A stretch of DNA of 64,000 nt, from contig DUCU01000100.1 in assembly GCA_012959605.1 (NCBI GenBank), forward strand, positions 7,147-71,146. Direction: 5' to 3'. The stretch is from Dehalococcoidia bacterium. GTDB lineage: Bacteria > Chloroflexota > Dehalococcoidia > Lucifugimonadales > UBA3495. Each line of letters opens with the position of its first letter. Within the stretch, counting starts at the first letter, position 1. Below, piece by piece: positions 8,018 to 18,577 of this stretch. Under the pieces are notes generated by a model. The model was not told the origin of the DNA. It did not search any database and saw nothing but the letters and a program-made list of their open reading frames with translations. A program made the position numbers and the translations under genes.

Positions 8018-9184
8018 TTATTTCCCTTTGAAGGCGGGCATGACCTCTTTGCCGAACCATTCAATCTGGTCGGTGATTACACTCTGAGGTGTGCCCATGG
8101 GATGGCTCATGCCGATCCTTTCCAGGGCCGGGTAAGCCTTCTCGACAGCCTTAATCTGCTCAATGATCCGGTCCGGAGGGCCAGCCAAGAATGCTTGTTT
8201 CTTAACAGCTTCCTGGATGGTGGGAAGACCGCCCGTCGGTGCCCGACGGGGATCGCCAATGATATCAATTTGCTCATCGGTCATGCCACGACTCAATCGC
8301 AGAGGACCAAACATTTTGAGGTTCTCTTCAAAGTAACCCTGGGCTTCTTTCATGGCCTGCTCCACGGTCGGCGCCATGTGGTAGTGGAAGCCAACGCTCA
8401 GACCTTCACCTAGCTGGGCATCCTTCTTTCCGGCGCGGACTAAAGCGTCCCGGTAGCCGGTCATGATGTCATCCATGACGCCGCCTTCAGCGACGCCGCC
8501 GCCAAGAACTCCCTTGATGCCGTGTTTAACCATGAAGTCCAGCGCCCTCTGCGTGCCGCCCTGGATGGGCTGCCAGCACTCAACGGGAAGAGTCGACGGG
8601 CGGGGCACCAAAGTCAGCTCCTTGAGGGTGTAGCCGCGATAGGGCACCTCAGGGGGCAGAGTGTAGTACTTTCCCTTATGGGAGAAGGACTCGTTGTTAA
8701 ACGCCTTGAAGATGATGTCTACCGCTTCTTCAAACTTCTCCCGGTTGGCAACCTGATCGGTGATGTCGGAACCAAATGTCTCGACCTCACGGGTGTGGTA
8801 GCCACGTCCAACGCCAAAGATTACCCGGCCTTTGGTCAAGATATCGGCGGTGGCAAAGTCCTCCGCCAAGCGCAGGGGGTGCCACATTGGGGCGATGTTG
8901 AAACCGCAGCCAAACTTTAAGTTTTTAGTCAGATGAGACAAGTGGACATTAAGCATAATCAGGTTAGGGATACATTCGTAGCCTTCTGGCTGAAAGTGGT
9001 GCTCCGCCATCCACATGGTGTCGAAACCGTTCTCGTCTAGGGCTTTGGCAATGGCCTCAGACTTGCTGTAAACGGTCATCAGGTGTTCGTTATCAAACTT
9101 CCGGTCGTTGACCGCCGTGCCGCCGTAGCCGATGTTGGTCATGTCTACGTGACCGGCAAATAGGCTGTCGAATTTTGTAATCAT
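8018..9184 (-). CDS. LLM class flavin-dependent oxidoreductase
   Basis: 388 aa with luciferase-like blocks (WMAEHHF, FGVGRGYHTREVETFG). Confidence 0.85.
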   Translation of the reverse strand: MITKFDSLFAGHVDMTNIGYGGTAVNDRKFDNEHLMTVYSKSEAIAKALDENGFDTMWMAEHHFQPEGYECIPNLIMLNVHLSHLTKNLKFGCGFNIAPMWHPLRLAEDFATADILTKGRVIFGVGRGYHTREVETFGSDITDQVANREKFEEAVDIIFKAFNNESFSHKGKYYTLPPEVPYRGYTLKELTLVPRPSTLPVECWQPIQGGTQRALDFMVKHGIKGVLGGGVAEGGVMDDIMTGYRDALVRAGKKDAQLGEGLSVGFHYHMAPTVEQAMKEAQGYFEENLKMFGPLRLSRGMTDEQIDIIGDPRRAPTGGLPTIQEAVKKQAFLAGPPDRIIEQIKAVEKAYPALERIGMSHPMGTPQSVITDQIEWFGKEVMPAFKGK

Positions 9185-9329
9185 CGTTAACTTCGCCTTT
9201 CCAGTATCGAATTTCGCCCTGCTTGATTGGCAGGAATCAACGGGCTACTTAGTCGCCAATTATAGATAACGGCACGACCGTGTCAAGCGTGCATCCCGTG
9301 GCAATGTCTATCCAGACGAAGGGTCAGCG

Positions 9330-9665
9330 TTAGTCTGGTATACCCATAGAAACGGAAGTGTAGGTGCCGTTAATTGCTTTGGTCACGTGGCCTTGGCCGG
9401 TCATATCTTCAGCCAATAGCACATCACCGGCGTTGAAGAGCATTGTGGTGCCATCTTTCACTGAGACTTCCATCTGGCCGTCCAGAACAAACAGGTATTG
9501 TCGTCGAGACGGGTTATGCCAGTCACTAAAACTGTTCACCGTAGACGTCCGGAAGACCAGGTCTTCACCGGGTTTGGTAGGTATACGGTGAATAGTCTCT
9601 TCAGGGGCAGCCATTTCTTCCAGGTGGGACTGGCCATCATCGCCAGTGTAGATACGCACAAACAT
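9330..9665 (-). CDS. cupin domain protein
   Basis: 111 aa, small beta-barrel-like sequence (FVLDGQMEVSVKDG...FNAGDVLLAED). Family-level call only. Confidence 0.55.
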   Translation of the reverse strand: MFVRIYTGDDGQSHLEEMAAPEETIHRIPTKPGEDLVFRTSTVNSFSDWHNPSRRQYLFVLDGQMEVSVKDGTTMLFNAGDVLLAEDMTGQGHVTKAINGTYTSVSMGIPD

Positions 9666-9770
9666 GCCAACTCCTAGTCCAACTAGATTCAGATGTCAGA
9701 GTATACACGTATGCCATTACTGAATGGCTCGCTGCCTGAGAGAGGAGTAGTAGCTAATCCGGGAAGAACA

Positions 9771-10472
9771 TCAGGAGACGATCACGCCATCAACCAAGTC
9801 CAGTCGGCGTTGAGCGGTGGCGGCCAAGTCCAGGTCGTGGGTGGCCACTATGACAGTGGCCCTCCTAGATTCGGCAACCTCGCCCAATGTCTCGGCGATG
9901 GAACGCGCGGTGGCGGTGTCGAGTTCTCCGGTGGGCTCGTCGGCAAACACCACTTCTGGTCCGGTCACCAAGGCACGGGCAATGGACACTCGCTGTTGTT
10001 CACCACCGGACAATTCAAAGGGACGGTGTCGGGCTCTTGTGCCCAAGCCAACAGCCTCCAGAGCGTCGTGTGCCCGCTGTCTGCGTTCCCGCCAAGATAC
10101 ACCGCCAATATGCAGCGGCAGCTCCACGTTCTCCTGGGCCGACAACAACGGCATCAACCCAAACGACTGGAACACGAACCCAATCTTGTGCCGACGCATA
10201 TCAACCAGGTCTGCTTCTCTCAGATTGGCCAGGTCATCGCCATCAAATTCCACTGCGCCAGAGCTGGGCTTGTCCAGCCCGGAGAGGAGGTTCAACAACG
10301 TGGTCTTGCCGGAGCCAGACCGACCGGTGACCGCCAGAAAATCACCCCGTTCCACTGTGAGATTGATGATAGAAAGGGCAGTTACAGCGGTATCACCGGA
10401 GCCGAAGATGCGACTGACACCGACCGCTGTAATCACCGGTCCGACTATTGTATTGGATTCGCTAGCCACCAC
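9771..10472 (-). CDS. ABC transporter ATP-binding protein (MacB/LolD type)
   Basis: Walker A GRSGSGKTT, signature LSGGEQQR, Walker B VVFADEPTGELD. GGAG RBS before GTG 10472. Confidence 0.9.
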   Translation of the reverse strand: MVASESNTIVGPVITAVGVSRIFGSGDTAVTALSIINLTVERGDFLAVTGRSGSGKTTLLNLLSGLDKPSSGAVEFDGDDLANLREADLVDMRRHKIGFVFQSFGLMPLLSAQENVELPLHIGGVSWRERRQRAHDALEAVGLGTRARHRPFELSGGEQQRVSIARALVTGPEVVFADEPTGELDTATARSIAETLGEVAESRRATVIVATHDLDLAATAQRRLDLVDGVIVS

Positions 10473-10518
10473 TGCTTAACTCCTAAAATCAGGTCCGGGC
10501 CAAGTAATTTCGGATCCG

Positions 10519-11466
10519 TTAACGCCGACTGCGGGTCTGTCGAGGGTTTGTGCTGGGAGGGTCAATGACAATTTGACCTTCTTCAACCTGAATCTTAGCC
10601 AAACCGCCGCTGCGGAACCGATTGGCCAGTTCAATGGGGAGCTGAAGCCGCCCGGATTGGTCTACCACCACGTACTCATCTTCAACGGTGTCGCCGTCAT
10701 GCCGGTAATCCGGTCTGGTGAAGGTTTCCAAGCCGATGCGCCCGTCGCGGATGTGTACCACCCGGTCCACAAACTGGGAGACTCCCGCGTAATGGGTCAC
10801 AGTGACCACCGTTACCCCGTAGGCACGGTTCAACCCGCGGATCATTTCAAAGATACTGTCGGCGTTTTCCGTGTCCAACTCCCCGGTGGGCTCATCCGCC
10901 AGCAGCAGGGGCGGTTTGTTGGCCAGACCCACTGCAATTGCGGCCCGTTGCTGCTCCCCCCCGGATAACTCGTAGGGAAGCCGTTTGGCCTTATCGGCTA
11001 TGCCTAGAGACTCCAGTAATTCGCTGGACCAAGCACGGCGAGCCTTGGCTGGCTGGCCAGTTAGCGCCATAGGAAGTTCAATGTTATCGGCCACAGTTAA
11101 GTACGGCACCAGGTTCCTGGCGGTCGCCTGCCAGACAAAGCCAACTTCGGAGCGTCGGTACATAACCAGGTCGTTATCAGAGACGTCCAGCAAATCTCTA
11201 GAACCAACCATGACCTGGCCTGCAGAGGGACGGTCCAGGCCAGCCAGGATGTTCAGCAACGTGCTTTTACCACTGCCGCTAGCCCCGATAATCGCAATCA
11301 ACTCTCCGGGCTCGACGGTCAGGTCCAATCCGCGCAGGGCAACGACTTCCAGATCGGCGCGTTTGTAAATCTTGAACAGGTCATTGCAGTTGATATACGG
11401 ACCGTCATGCTGCACCGGGGCGGCATCACCGCTCTGATTGCTCAGATATTCACTCAATTGGGTCAT
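10519..11466 (-). CDS. ABC transporter ATP-binding protein (MacB/LolD type) with ~80-aa C-terminal tail
   Basis: Walker A GASGSGKST, LSGGEQQR, LLLADEPTGELD. Start placed at ATG 11466 (GGGAGA RBS) rather than TTG 11517. Confidence 0.88.
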   Translation of the reverse strand: MTQLSEYLSNQSGDAAPVQHDGPYINCNDLFKIYKRADLEVVALRGLDLTVEPGELIAIIGASGSGKSTLLNILAGLDRPSAGQVMVGSRDLLDVSDNDLVMYRRSEVGFVWQATARNLVPYLTVADNIELPMALTGQPAKARRAWSSELLESLGIADKAKRLPYELSGGEQQRAAIAVGLANKPPLLLADEPTGELDTENADSIFEMIRGLNRAYGVTVVTVTHYAGVSQFVDRVVHIRDGRIGLETFTRPDYRHDGDTVEDEYVVVDQSGRLQLPIELANRFRSGGLAKIQVEEGQIVIDPPSTNPRQTRSRR

Positions 11467-11533
11467 GCATTGTCTCCCATACCTAAAACCGGGATTGCCT
11501 CGGGTTTCACTAAGCAAGAAGTTTCTAGTCGCG

Positions 11534-14500
11534 TCATCCTGCGTCTCCCATTCTGAGAACCTGCTGCACCTGTATCTTGGCGCTCAACCAGGCCAGCCAA
11601 ATCACGGTCACCAATGTGACGCCCGCCAAGACTGAATAAGACACTAAAAGCGACAGCCAGTTGGTCGTAAGCGCCATGGGCGGTGTTACTCGTTCGCCTT
11701 CTTCAGCCAGTTCCATGAGCGGCAGCAGGGTTGCTCCAATCAGCTGGCCCACCCAGGTGCCCAAGGCCACGCCGCAGATGACGATTAAGAATAGATTAAA
11801 CCACACGATGCCCCGCATCTGACCGCCGGAGGAACCCAGCGTGCGGAGCAGGGCGAATTCCGTCTGACGTTCTTTTGTATCCAGGAACGAAAACAGCATC
11901 ACTCCAGAGCCAGTGGCCAGAGCTACGGCCAAGAACAACAGCACCAGCAACGCTCCCCAACCGGCGTTGACCAACGGCTGGTCAACCCGGGAGGCCACCA
12001 TCGCCTCTGCGTCATAAACGTCTCTGACGTTGACCCCAAGTTCTCGCATGAACTCGGTAATTTTATCGGCGTCGCCAATCGCCCTGGTATGATCAAAATC
12101 ATCTGGTATGTCTGCGGAGAAAGACTCCAGGTTCACCCAAATTTCATTGGCTCCAGCCGGGGGAACAGGGCTATGTTGGTTGGCCACAGCCTCAAAATTG
12201 TCCAAGTCCAACACCACAAATGGTTTGTCTCCGGGGTCCAACGTCGGAAAATAATCTACCACGCCTACAACGTTTATCCGAATTGCGTAGGTGGACAATC
12301 CCAGAATCACATCGTCACCAAGGGCAGCGTCGGCCAATTCCAAAAACTCTGTGCTAACCAACGCAGGTATTGGGGGTTCTGTAGGGCCGGGTCTCAGACC
12401 CCGTAGCCCAACGCCGCCGCTGGCCCAACTGAAGCGTGTCGATATTGGGAATTGTTCACCCCCTGCCGACCCGCTGGTCTCCAAGGCGTACAGGCCGGGC
12501 CGTGAGAAGTCCTGGACAACGGACCAGCCGTCAGACATCTCAAAATCGGTCAGCAGAACGGGTCCGCTGGTGGTAACCGCTTCCAACTCCCTTAAGAAAA
12601 TGGCGCCCAGGCCGTCAGACCCAAACCCACCAAGGCGATTGGTTATCTGAAACGCCTGTAGTGTGAATGGGCGTACAAGGGTGCTGCTGCGTGTGTCACT
12701 GGCTTGGCGCCGTCCGGCCGCAATCACCGGTGCAATGTCTGACTGAATCTTGTTCCAGCCTTCGTTTCCTAAAGTGCCCACCCAAGAATCAAAATACACA
12801 CCATTGGCATCGCGCAATCTCGCCCAGAGGTTTGCGCCGCCGTCGAGTCCAGTCGGCTGCACCCATACAGCCAGTCCAATCACGTCGTCTGGGAGCTCCA
12901 AGCCCTTGGGAGCCTCCGGTCCGTCCCCCAACAACTCAGCTAGGTCACTCATCGAATTACCATCAGCCAAGTCGTCTCTGAACCAGGCTACGTCTGCAAT
13001 CTTCGCCGAGTCCACCGCTAGAATCACGGTAGGGTCACTAAACCCTGTGGTGGTAATCTGCCCGTTAGAGCGGAATACATCAGTCGCGCTGATCACTGCT
13101 GGATTCTCCGCCACGTTTTCGGCAAACCTGCCGCCAGGCTTCACGCTGGATACGCCGGTATGCCGCACCCTCAAGTCGGCCCCCGCCGAATACAGGGCGC
13201 GTTCCTTTTGACTGCGCTCCAAAGTGGAACTAAAGGCGCTGCCAATTACGCCCAAAGCAGTGGACATGGTCAACAAGACAATCAAGATACCGGGAACCAT
13301 TGGATCGCGGGCTACGTGTCGCAGTGAATGCACCAACCACGATGGAGCAATCGGACCGGCCAGGCGTGACAACAGCAGCGCAAACCACGGGAATACCCGC
13401 ATCACCACCAACCCAACGGCCAGCAGTAACAGGGCCGGAATGAGCAGACCAACAAAATCCAGCTTCAACTCGGTGCTGTCTGGCGACTTAATCAGGAATG
13501 CGCCTCGGCTCCTGGCTTGGAACCAGATCAGTAGAATCAAGCCTAGGGCAACAACATCCAAGTAGTAGCGATGCAAGAATGACGCTGTTGGCGGGCGAGC
13601 GCCGGACTGTCTAGCTTCGATGATTCCGTGCCTGGCCGCCGCCACAGTGGCCAAAGTGAAAACTAGCACGGCCAATCCACCGCCGATCAAACCCAGTATC
13701 ATGGCACCCTGAGACACAACCACCGGAACACCGGAGATTTCATCAGCCCCGCCGCCCAGCCCAAAGAACACGTTGCCCAGCACCTTGACCACGAGCATTG
13801 CCAGGAACGGGCCGATGATCACGGCCGGAAGGCCCAGCAGCAGGCCCTCTCCCAGTCCTAGTATGCCAATCTGGATCGTAGTCGCGCCCCGGCTCTTGAG
13901 CATGGCAATCTCACTGGAGCGAGAGCGGATGATCAACCCAGCCACCAAGGCCAGATAATAGAGCAGAATCCCAGTGATGAGGAAAACCACCAAGAACAGC
14001 GGAACTCTGGCTAGGATTAATTGCTCGTCAAAGTCGCTTAGAAGTGTGTCCAACCGAATTGATGAGCTGGAATTCTTTAGCTCGAATGTGATGTCGTTTT
14101 CGACCCTCCAAAGGAGAGTTTGAAGGTCTCGAACGTCGTTGGCCCGCAAGTTTTCCCGGTCTAGGTAATAAAACCAAGTAACGTCGGTATAGAGGGCTGG
14201 ATAACGGCCAATCACCCGGTTGATTACAGCCTCTTCACTGGTGAACATGGGCACGATGGTCCAGCGGTCGTTCTTGAGACTAAAGTCGGCATAGACGCCG
14301 TACCAGAATTCGTCATCTGGATCGACTCGCTCAAAAACGCCCGATATGCGAACTGGCAGTCGCGGAGGGTCCGTGTAGGACGCGGCGGGGAAGATGCTCA
14401 CCACATCGCCCACTGCCATACCCAAAAGTCCTAGTCCTAGCCCGTCCACCACCACTTCCACTGGGGTGTCTTCAGATGCGGCCGCATTCTCTGCGCTTGG

Positions 14501-14968
14501 CCAACTCCCCTCGGTGAGCGTGACTCGATCAGTGCCGAAGCTAGACATGTGGACCACGGAGCCTCGGGGCCGGCTATCGTTGTCCACATCCATGCCCGGC
14601 TGTCCTTCAAAATAGAAGGTGGCCGTGTCTAATACCAACGCTTCTTCTTTCATGTATGGAGAAAGCACTGAGGAGACGCTTTCTTGGGCGAAATTCAGTC
14701 GGTCCTGGTACGCGGCGCGGCGTCCGGAGGTGGTCGACGGCTCATCCTGGCTGCTGAAAGACCTCATGGAAATGTTGGTCTCTTTAGGCGTGGCTTCTTG
14801 CAAAGCGTGGCGCAGCGATGCATTGGACAACAGGTCGGAAAAGATTACCCCGCTGGCCATCAACGCCACTGCTAATAAAATGCCGCCAAAGAGTACGGCC
14901 TCCAGTCGCCAACCAGTCACAGCTCGGCGTACTGCCATCACATAGGCGAACCTGATCATTGGCATCAT
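11534..14968 (-). CDS. giant double-FtsX (MacB/BceB-like) ABC permease, 1144 aa
   Basis: Two FtsX-type modules (SEIAMLKSRGAT and EFALLRTLGSSG linker motifs), about 10 predicted TM helices and two large extracytoplasmic domains. ATG overlaps the upstream stop (TAATG). Confidence 0.85.
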   Translation of the reverse strand: MMPMIRFAYVMAVRRAVTGWRLEAVLFGGILLAVALMASGVIFSDLLSNASLRHALQEATPKETNISMRSFSSQDEPSTTSGRRAAYQDRLNFAQESVSSVLSPYMKEEALVLDTATFYFEGQPGMDVDNDSRPRGSVVHMSSFGTDRVTLTEGSWPSAENAAASEDTPVEVVVDGLGLGLLGMAVGDVVSIFPAASYTDPPRLPVRISGVFERVDPDDEFWYGVYADFSLKNDRWTIVPMFTSEEAVINRVIGRYPALYTDVTWFYYLDRENLRANDVRDLQTLLWRVENDITFELKNSSSSIRLDTLLSDFDEQLILARVPLFLVVFLITGILLYYLALVAGLIIRSRSSEIAMLKSRGATTIQIGILGLGEGLLLGLPAVIIGPFLAMLVVKVLGNVFFGLGGGADEISGVPVVVSQGAMILGLIGGGLAVLVFTLATVAAARHGIIEARQSGARPPTASFLHRYYLDVVALGLILLIWFQARSRGAFLIKSPDSTELKLDFVGLLIPALLLLAVGLVVMRVFPWFALLLSRLAGPIAPSWLVHSLRHVARDPMVPGILIVLLTMSTALGVIGSAFSSTLERSQKERALYSAGADLRVRHTGVSSVKPGGRFAENVAENPAVISATDVFRSNGQITTTGFSDPTVILAVDSAKIADVAWFRDDLADGNSMSDLAELLGDGPEAPKGLELPDDVIGLAVWVQPTGLDGGANLWARLRDANGVYFDSWVGTLGNEGWNKIQSDIAPVIAAGRRQASDTRSSTLVRPFTLQAFQITNRLGGFGSDGLGAIFLRELEAVTTSGPVLLTDFEMSDGWSVVQDFSRPGLYALETSGSAGGEQFPISTRFSWASGGVGLRGLRPGPTEPPIPALVSTEFLELADAALGDDVILGLSTYAIRINVVGVVDYFPTLDPGDKPFVVLDLDNFEAVANQHSPVPPAGANEIWVNLESFSADIPDDFDHTRAIGDADKITEFMRELGVNVRDVYDAEAMVASRVDQPLVNAGWGALLVLLFLAVALATGSGVMLFSFLDTKERQTEFALLRTLGSSGGQMRGIVWFNLFLIVICGVALGTWVGQLIGATLLPLMELAEEGERVTPPMALTTNWLSLLVSYSVLAGVTLVTVIWLAWLSAKIQVQQVLRMGDAG

Positions 14969-17900
14969 TAGACGCCACCCCGCAGGACTTCAGAGGTGTT
15001 GAGTCGGCGAGCAGCCACCACGGCAAATCCCACTGAAAGCACAGCTCCAGCCATCAGTCCGGCCAACACGCCTGTCATCAGCCAGCCTTGCACGGAAGGC
15101 AACAGCGGTGGCACCGGGGCGTTCCCCTGGGGCGTTAGGTCAACCAATTCCAACACCAGCGACCCGGGCCAGTACCCCATGGCAGCGCCGGCGGCAATGG
15201 CTACTGCTGCGATAATCAGGCGCTCTGTGGCCAGTGACAGCAGAAATTGACGACGTGAGAAGCCCAAAACGCGCACCACTGCCAGGTCCATTCGCCCCGT
15301 TTTGACCGATACCAAGGCGTGGACGGTAAGTGTCAGCAGTACTGCGATGCCGATGGCCACCATGCTAAAGATGGTCAGCCCGTTCCAGCCGCCCCCGGCC
15401 AGGGGGTTTCGCTCGGCCAATCCCGCCACGACTTCAGCATCGCGCACGGAGACCAAACCGGGTATCACACTGGGTATATCGGCAATAACCTGCTCCCGGT
15501 CTGCTTCAGGGTCCAGCGCCAACCACATCTCAGCTGGCTCGTCCAGGGTGCTGAACGGGAGTCGGCGAACATACTCGCGGTAGTCGGCCAGGTCCACAAT
15601 CGCAAACGGTTTGCGGTCTGGTTTTAGACTTGGGAAGTGGCTGGTGATGCCCACAAATTGAATCGGCACTGCCAAGTATCCCAGTTTGAGTCGTATGTGC
15701 TGCCCTCGAACAAAATCGGGCCCGCCGATGGCCGGTAAGGGAAATGGTCCTGGCGGAAGGTGGATGCCCCGCTGTCCGGTAGAGATTGGCTTCTGCCAAG
15801 AAAAACTCATGCCTGACCCACCGCTGCGGGCGCTGGATCGAGACGATTCAGCGATATCCGGGATTTCATCCTGATTAACCAACGGCACCCAAGGTGTATC
15901 GCCTTCAAATCCTTCGATTACAACACCCGATGGCACCACCCCAACTGGCACCGTGTCAGCAGATGTACCAAAAGCCGTTACATCATCCAAGTGGATGACC
16001 CCGTGGGACAATCTGTTGGCCGGAGAGGTTGAGATGAAGATTGAGACCAATTCCAGCGGCAACGAGACTGAAGCGTATGCACGAATGTCTCCCGTGAACA
16101 GCCGCCAGCGTCCGTCAACCGCTTTCACATCGGCAATCTCAGCGACAGATGAACCGGGGCTGTCCGTCTCCATGATGTCGCCTAGGTCAATGTTGCGATA
16201 GATGCCGGTAGCCGTCATGATCCTGGCCCACAAGTTGACACCCGACCTTAGGTCAAGTTCCAGCAGAGCATTACTGTCCACCCAAATCCCCAGGGATCGG
16301 CTATCTTCTGGCAGTGGGATGCCGGTGCCAGCGAGACTGGCCGGGAACGGCCTGGGCCTGAGTAGTCGGCTGATTTCTTGCAGACCGCCCTCAAAGAAAT
16401 CGTCCCGGAACCAACCGGTCTTAGCCAAGGCTGGCGGATCAACGGCCAGCAGCTCCATAGTTTCGCCGCGCGGGCCGTCTAGAGGCGTGACCGAATCTCG
16501 GAATACTGGGCTCACTGCTGTGACGCCGGGCACTCTCGCCAGTTTTTCTGGAGCGTCTATCCGCAGGGCTGGTCCACTCAACACCATATTCCCGCCCACG
16601 CTGTACCGTGCCTGATCGCTCTGAGCTTGGGACAAGCTGGACTGAAATGTGGCTCCAAACACTCCCAAAGCCGCCGCTAGCATCAATATCACCGCCAACG
16701 AGCCGTGGGGGATGGGGTCTCTGGCCAGGCGCACCAGCGAGAACTGGAACCAGGCAGGGCCGATGCGAGTGCCCAACCAGGCCAACAACCGGACGATTAG
16801 CGGAATTATCCGCAAGAGCAGCACGCCAGCGGCAAATAAACCCAACACCGGGCCCAGGACCAAAGTCGGGTCAACATTTATCCCTTGGGAGGACAGTTCC
16901 TCGGTGACAAATCCGTCGCGACCGCGCACCTGGAACCAGATGATGGCCACGATTACCACCGCCAATATGTCCAGATAATACTGGTGCAGGAAGGGCACGG
17001 ACGGAGGTCTGGCCCTCGATTTCAACGACTCGAGGGTGCCCACCCTGGCCCGCCCCGTTGCCGTAATCAGTAGCACCGACAGCGCTAACACGCCCCCCAA
17101 GGCACCCATCCAGAACATGTCTCCGGCCAAGCCCAAGGGAATCGGAGCCGTTATGTCGCCACCGGGATTTATCGTGTCCAGCAGCAGTGTCTTGACGATG
17201 GCCCAGGCCAAGAACGGCCCAATGACCATCGCGATAACAACCACCACTCCCTCGGCCAACGCCAGCACACCGGTCACCTGCGCCACGCTGGCGCCACGAC
17301 TACGCAGCAGGCCAGCTTCTTCTGCTTGGCTGCGACCCAGAGTCCCGGTGATGAGTGCCAAGAAGTACAACACAACCACCACAACCAAAGATAGGTACAG
17401 GTAAAGCGGAATTCTGGCCAGCGTTAGGGCCTTGTCGAACTCTTCTATCGTCAGACCCAGGCGGCTCAGGACTAATGTGCGTGGGTAAACCTTGTTAACG
17501 TCGGTCTCCAAGCCAAGTATCTGGTCCTTAACATGAGTCGCATTGCCAGCGGTAAGAAATTCTGAATCCAAGAATAGGTAGAAGCCAAAATCGCCCACCA
17601 ATGTCGGGTAACGCTCGCCGATGCCTTGGAAATAGTCATCTTCGGTAACGAATAGAGGGACAATCACCGACTCGCCAACCGGCCGCAGGTCAAAATAAAT
17701 CGGTGCACCCATCCAATATTCTTCACGATGATCTATCGGATTAGCCAGACCTACCACTTTGAAGATGATCCGCTCCGGCGAGCCTCTGCGGGGAATCAGA
17801 TATATCCGGTCGCCAACGTCATATCCCATTTGGCGGGCCGCTTCCCGTCCCAGAACCGTTTCGATATCGCCCTGCTTATTTGGGTCTCGTAATGCGCCGG

Positions 17901-18345
17901 GGTCGGGCCAACGTCCTTCGACCAGCTCCGTATGCTCTTCGAAGCCAGTGAGGAAGAAAGGTCGGCCTCCGGGAGAGCCCAGAATCGGCGCGGCGGGTGA
18001 ATCGAGCAGGATTAGATTGGCCTGGGTGCGTCCAAACCGCTCGGTTTTCAGCAGCAAATCACCCAGTCGATCATCGGCTACTCCATCTACCAACTGCTCC
18101 AGTTTTTGGTAGTCACCCAGGCCTAGGGGCCGATTTTGCGCAATAACCTGTACATCGTGAACCTCGGCCCTGTGGGAGGATATTGAGTGTCGTAGGCCCG
18201 CTTCACCAAGGGCGCGGGAGTACAAGGCCCCGGTGGCCATGATTGTGACCGACGCCAAGATGCCAAAAGATGTTACCGCCAACAATAACCAGGACTGACG
18301 CAGTCGGCGGCACAATAGCCAGGAGACTAGGGACAGCAGCGGCAT
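14968..18345 (-). CDS. giant double-FtsX (MacB/BceB-like) ABC permease, 1125 aa
   Basis: Paralogous architecture to 11534..14968 (EEAGLLRSRGAS and DLAVVRVLGFSR linker motifs), with two large extracytoplasmic domains. Confidence 0.85.
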   Translation of the reverse strand: MPLLSLVSWLLCRRLRQSWLLLAVTSFGILASVTIMATGALYSRALGEAGLRHSISSHRAEVHDVQVIAQNRPLGLGDYQKLEQLVDGVADDRLGDLLLKTERFGRTQANLILLDSPAAPILGSPGGRPFFLTGFEEHTELVEGRWPDPGALRDPNKQGDIETVLGREAARQMGYDVGDRIYLIPRRGSPERIIFKVVGLANPIDHREEYWMGAPIYFDLRPVGESVIVPLFVTEDDYFQGIGERYPTLVGDFGFYLFLDSEFLTAGNATHVKDQILGLETDVNKVYPRTLVLSRLGLTIEEFDKALTLARIPLYLYLSLVVVVVLYFLALITGTLGRSQAEEAGLLRSRGASVAQVTGVLALAEGVVVVIAMVIGPFLAWAIVKTLLLDTINPGGDITAPIPLGLAGDMFWMGALGGVLALSVLLITATGRARVGTLESLKSRARPPSVPFLHQYYLDILAVVIVAIIWFQVRGRDGFVTEELSSQGINVDPTLVLGPVLGLFAAGVLLLRIIPLIVRLLAWLGTRIGPAWFQFSLVRLARDPIPHGSLAVILMLAAALGVFGATFQSSLSQAQSDQARYSVGGNMVLSGPALRIDAPEKLARVPGVTAVSPVFRDSVTPLDGPRGETMELLAVDPPALAKTGWFRDDFFEGGLQEISRLLRPRPFPASLAGTGIPLPEDSRSLGIWVDSNALLELDLRSGVNLWARIMTATGIYRNIDLGDIMETDSPGSSVAEIADVKAVDGRWRLFTGDIRAYASVSLPLELVSIFISTSPANRLSHGVIHLDDVTAFGTSADTVPVGVVPSGVVIEGFEGDTPWVPLVNQDEIPDIAESSRSSARSGGSGMSFSWQKPISTGQRGIHLPPGPFPLPAIGGPDFVRGQHIRLKLGYLAVPIQFVGITSHFPSLKPDRKPFAIVDLADYREYVRRLPFSTLDEPAEMWLALDPEADREQVIADIPSVIPGLVSVRDAEVVAGLAERNPLAGGGWNGLTIFSMVAIGIAVLLTLTVHALVSVKTGRMDLAVVRVLGFSRRQFLLSLATERLIIAAVAIAAGAAMGYWPGSLVLELVDLTPQGNAPVPPLLPSVQGWLMTGVLAGLMAGAVLSVGFAVVAARRLNTSEVLRGGV

Positions 18346-18494
18346 AGGGCTTAGCGGCCCTCCCAGTTACCGGCGATTGGTTTGGATTGAATATTGATTA
18401 TCGGCATACAGCTTCGGATTATACGACGTTGTTGGACCGAATGGACTACTCCGAAGATTACTCTGGATATTACGACGGGAATCCAAGAAACCCA

Positions 18495-18503
18495 TGCTAT
18501 AAT
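18495..18503 (+). promoter_or_regulatory. candidate extended -10 promoter element for the SDR gene
   Basis: TGCTATAAT lies 75 nt upstream of ATG 18578. Confidence 0.35.
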
Positions 18504-18577
18504 CCCGCCCACGAGTCACTGGCCTTGTCTAGGCGTGCCTGAGACTGGAATTTAGGCATTTAACCCGAGGTTTCACC

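Noticed and set aside
9693-10568. A 291-aa plus-strand ORF, and further long ORFs (9817..10479, 9887..10330), antisense to the ABC ATPase gene.
   Set aside because: The minus-strand frame carries complete Walker A/B and signature motifs. The antisense products are low-complexity Arg/Pro/Ser/Gly-rich shadows typical of GC-rich coding DNA.
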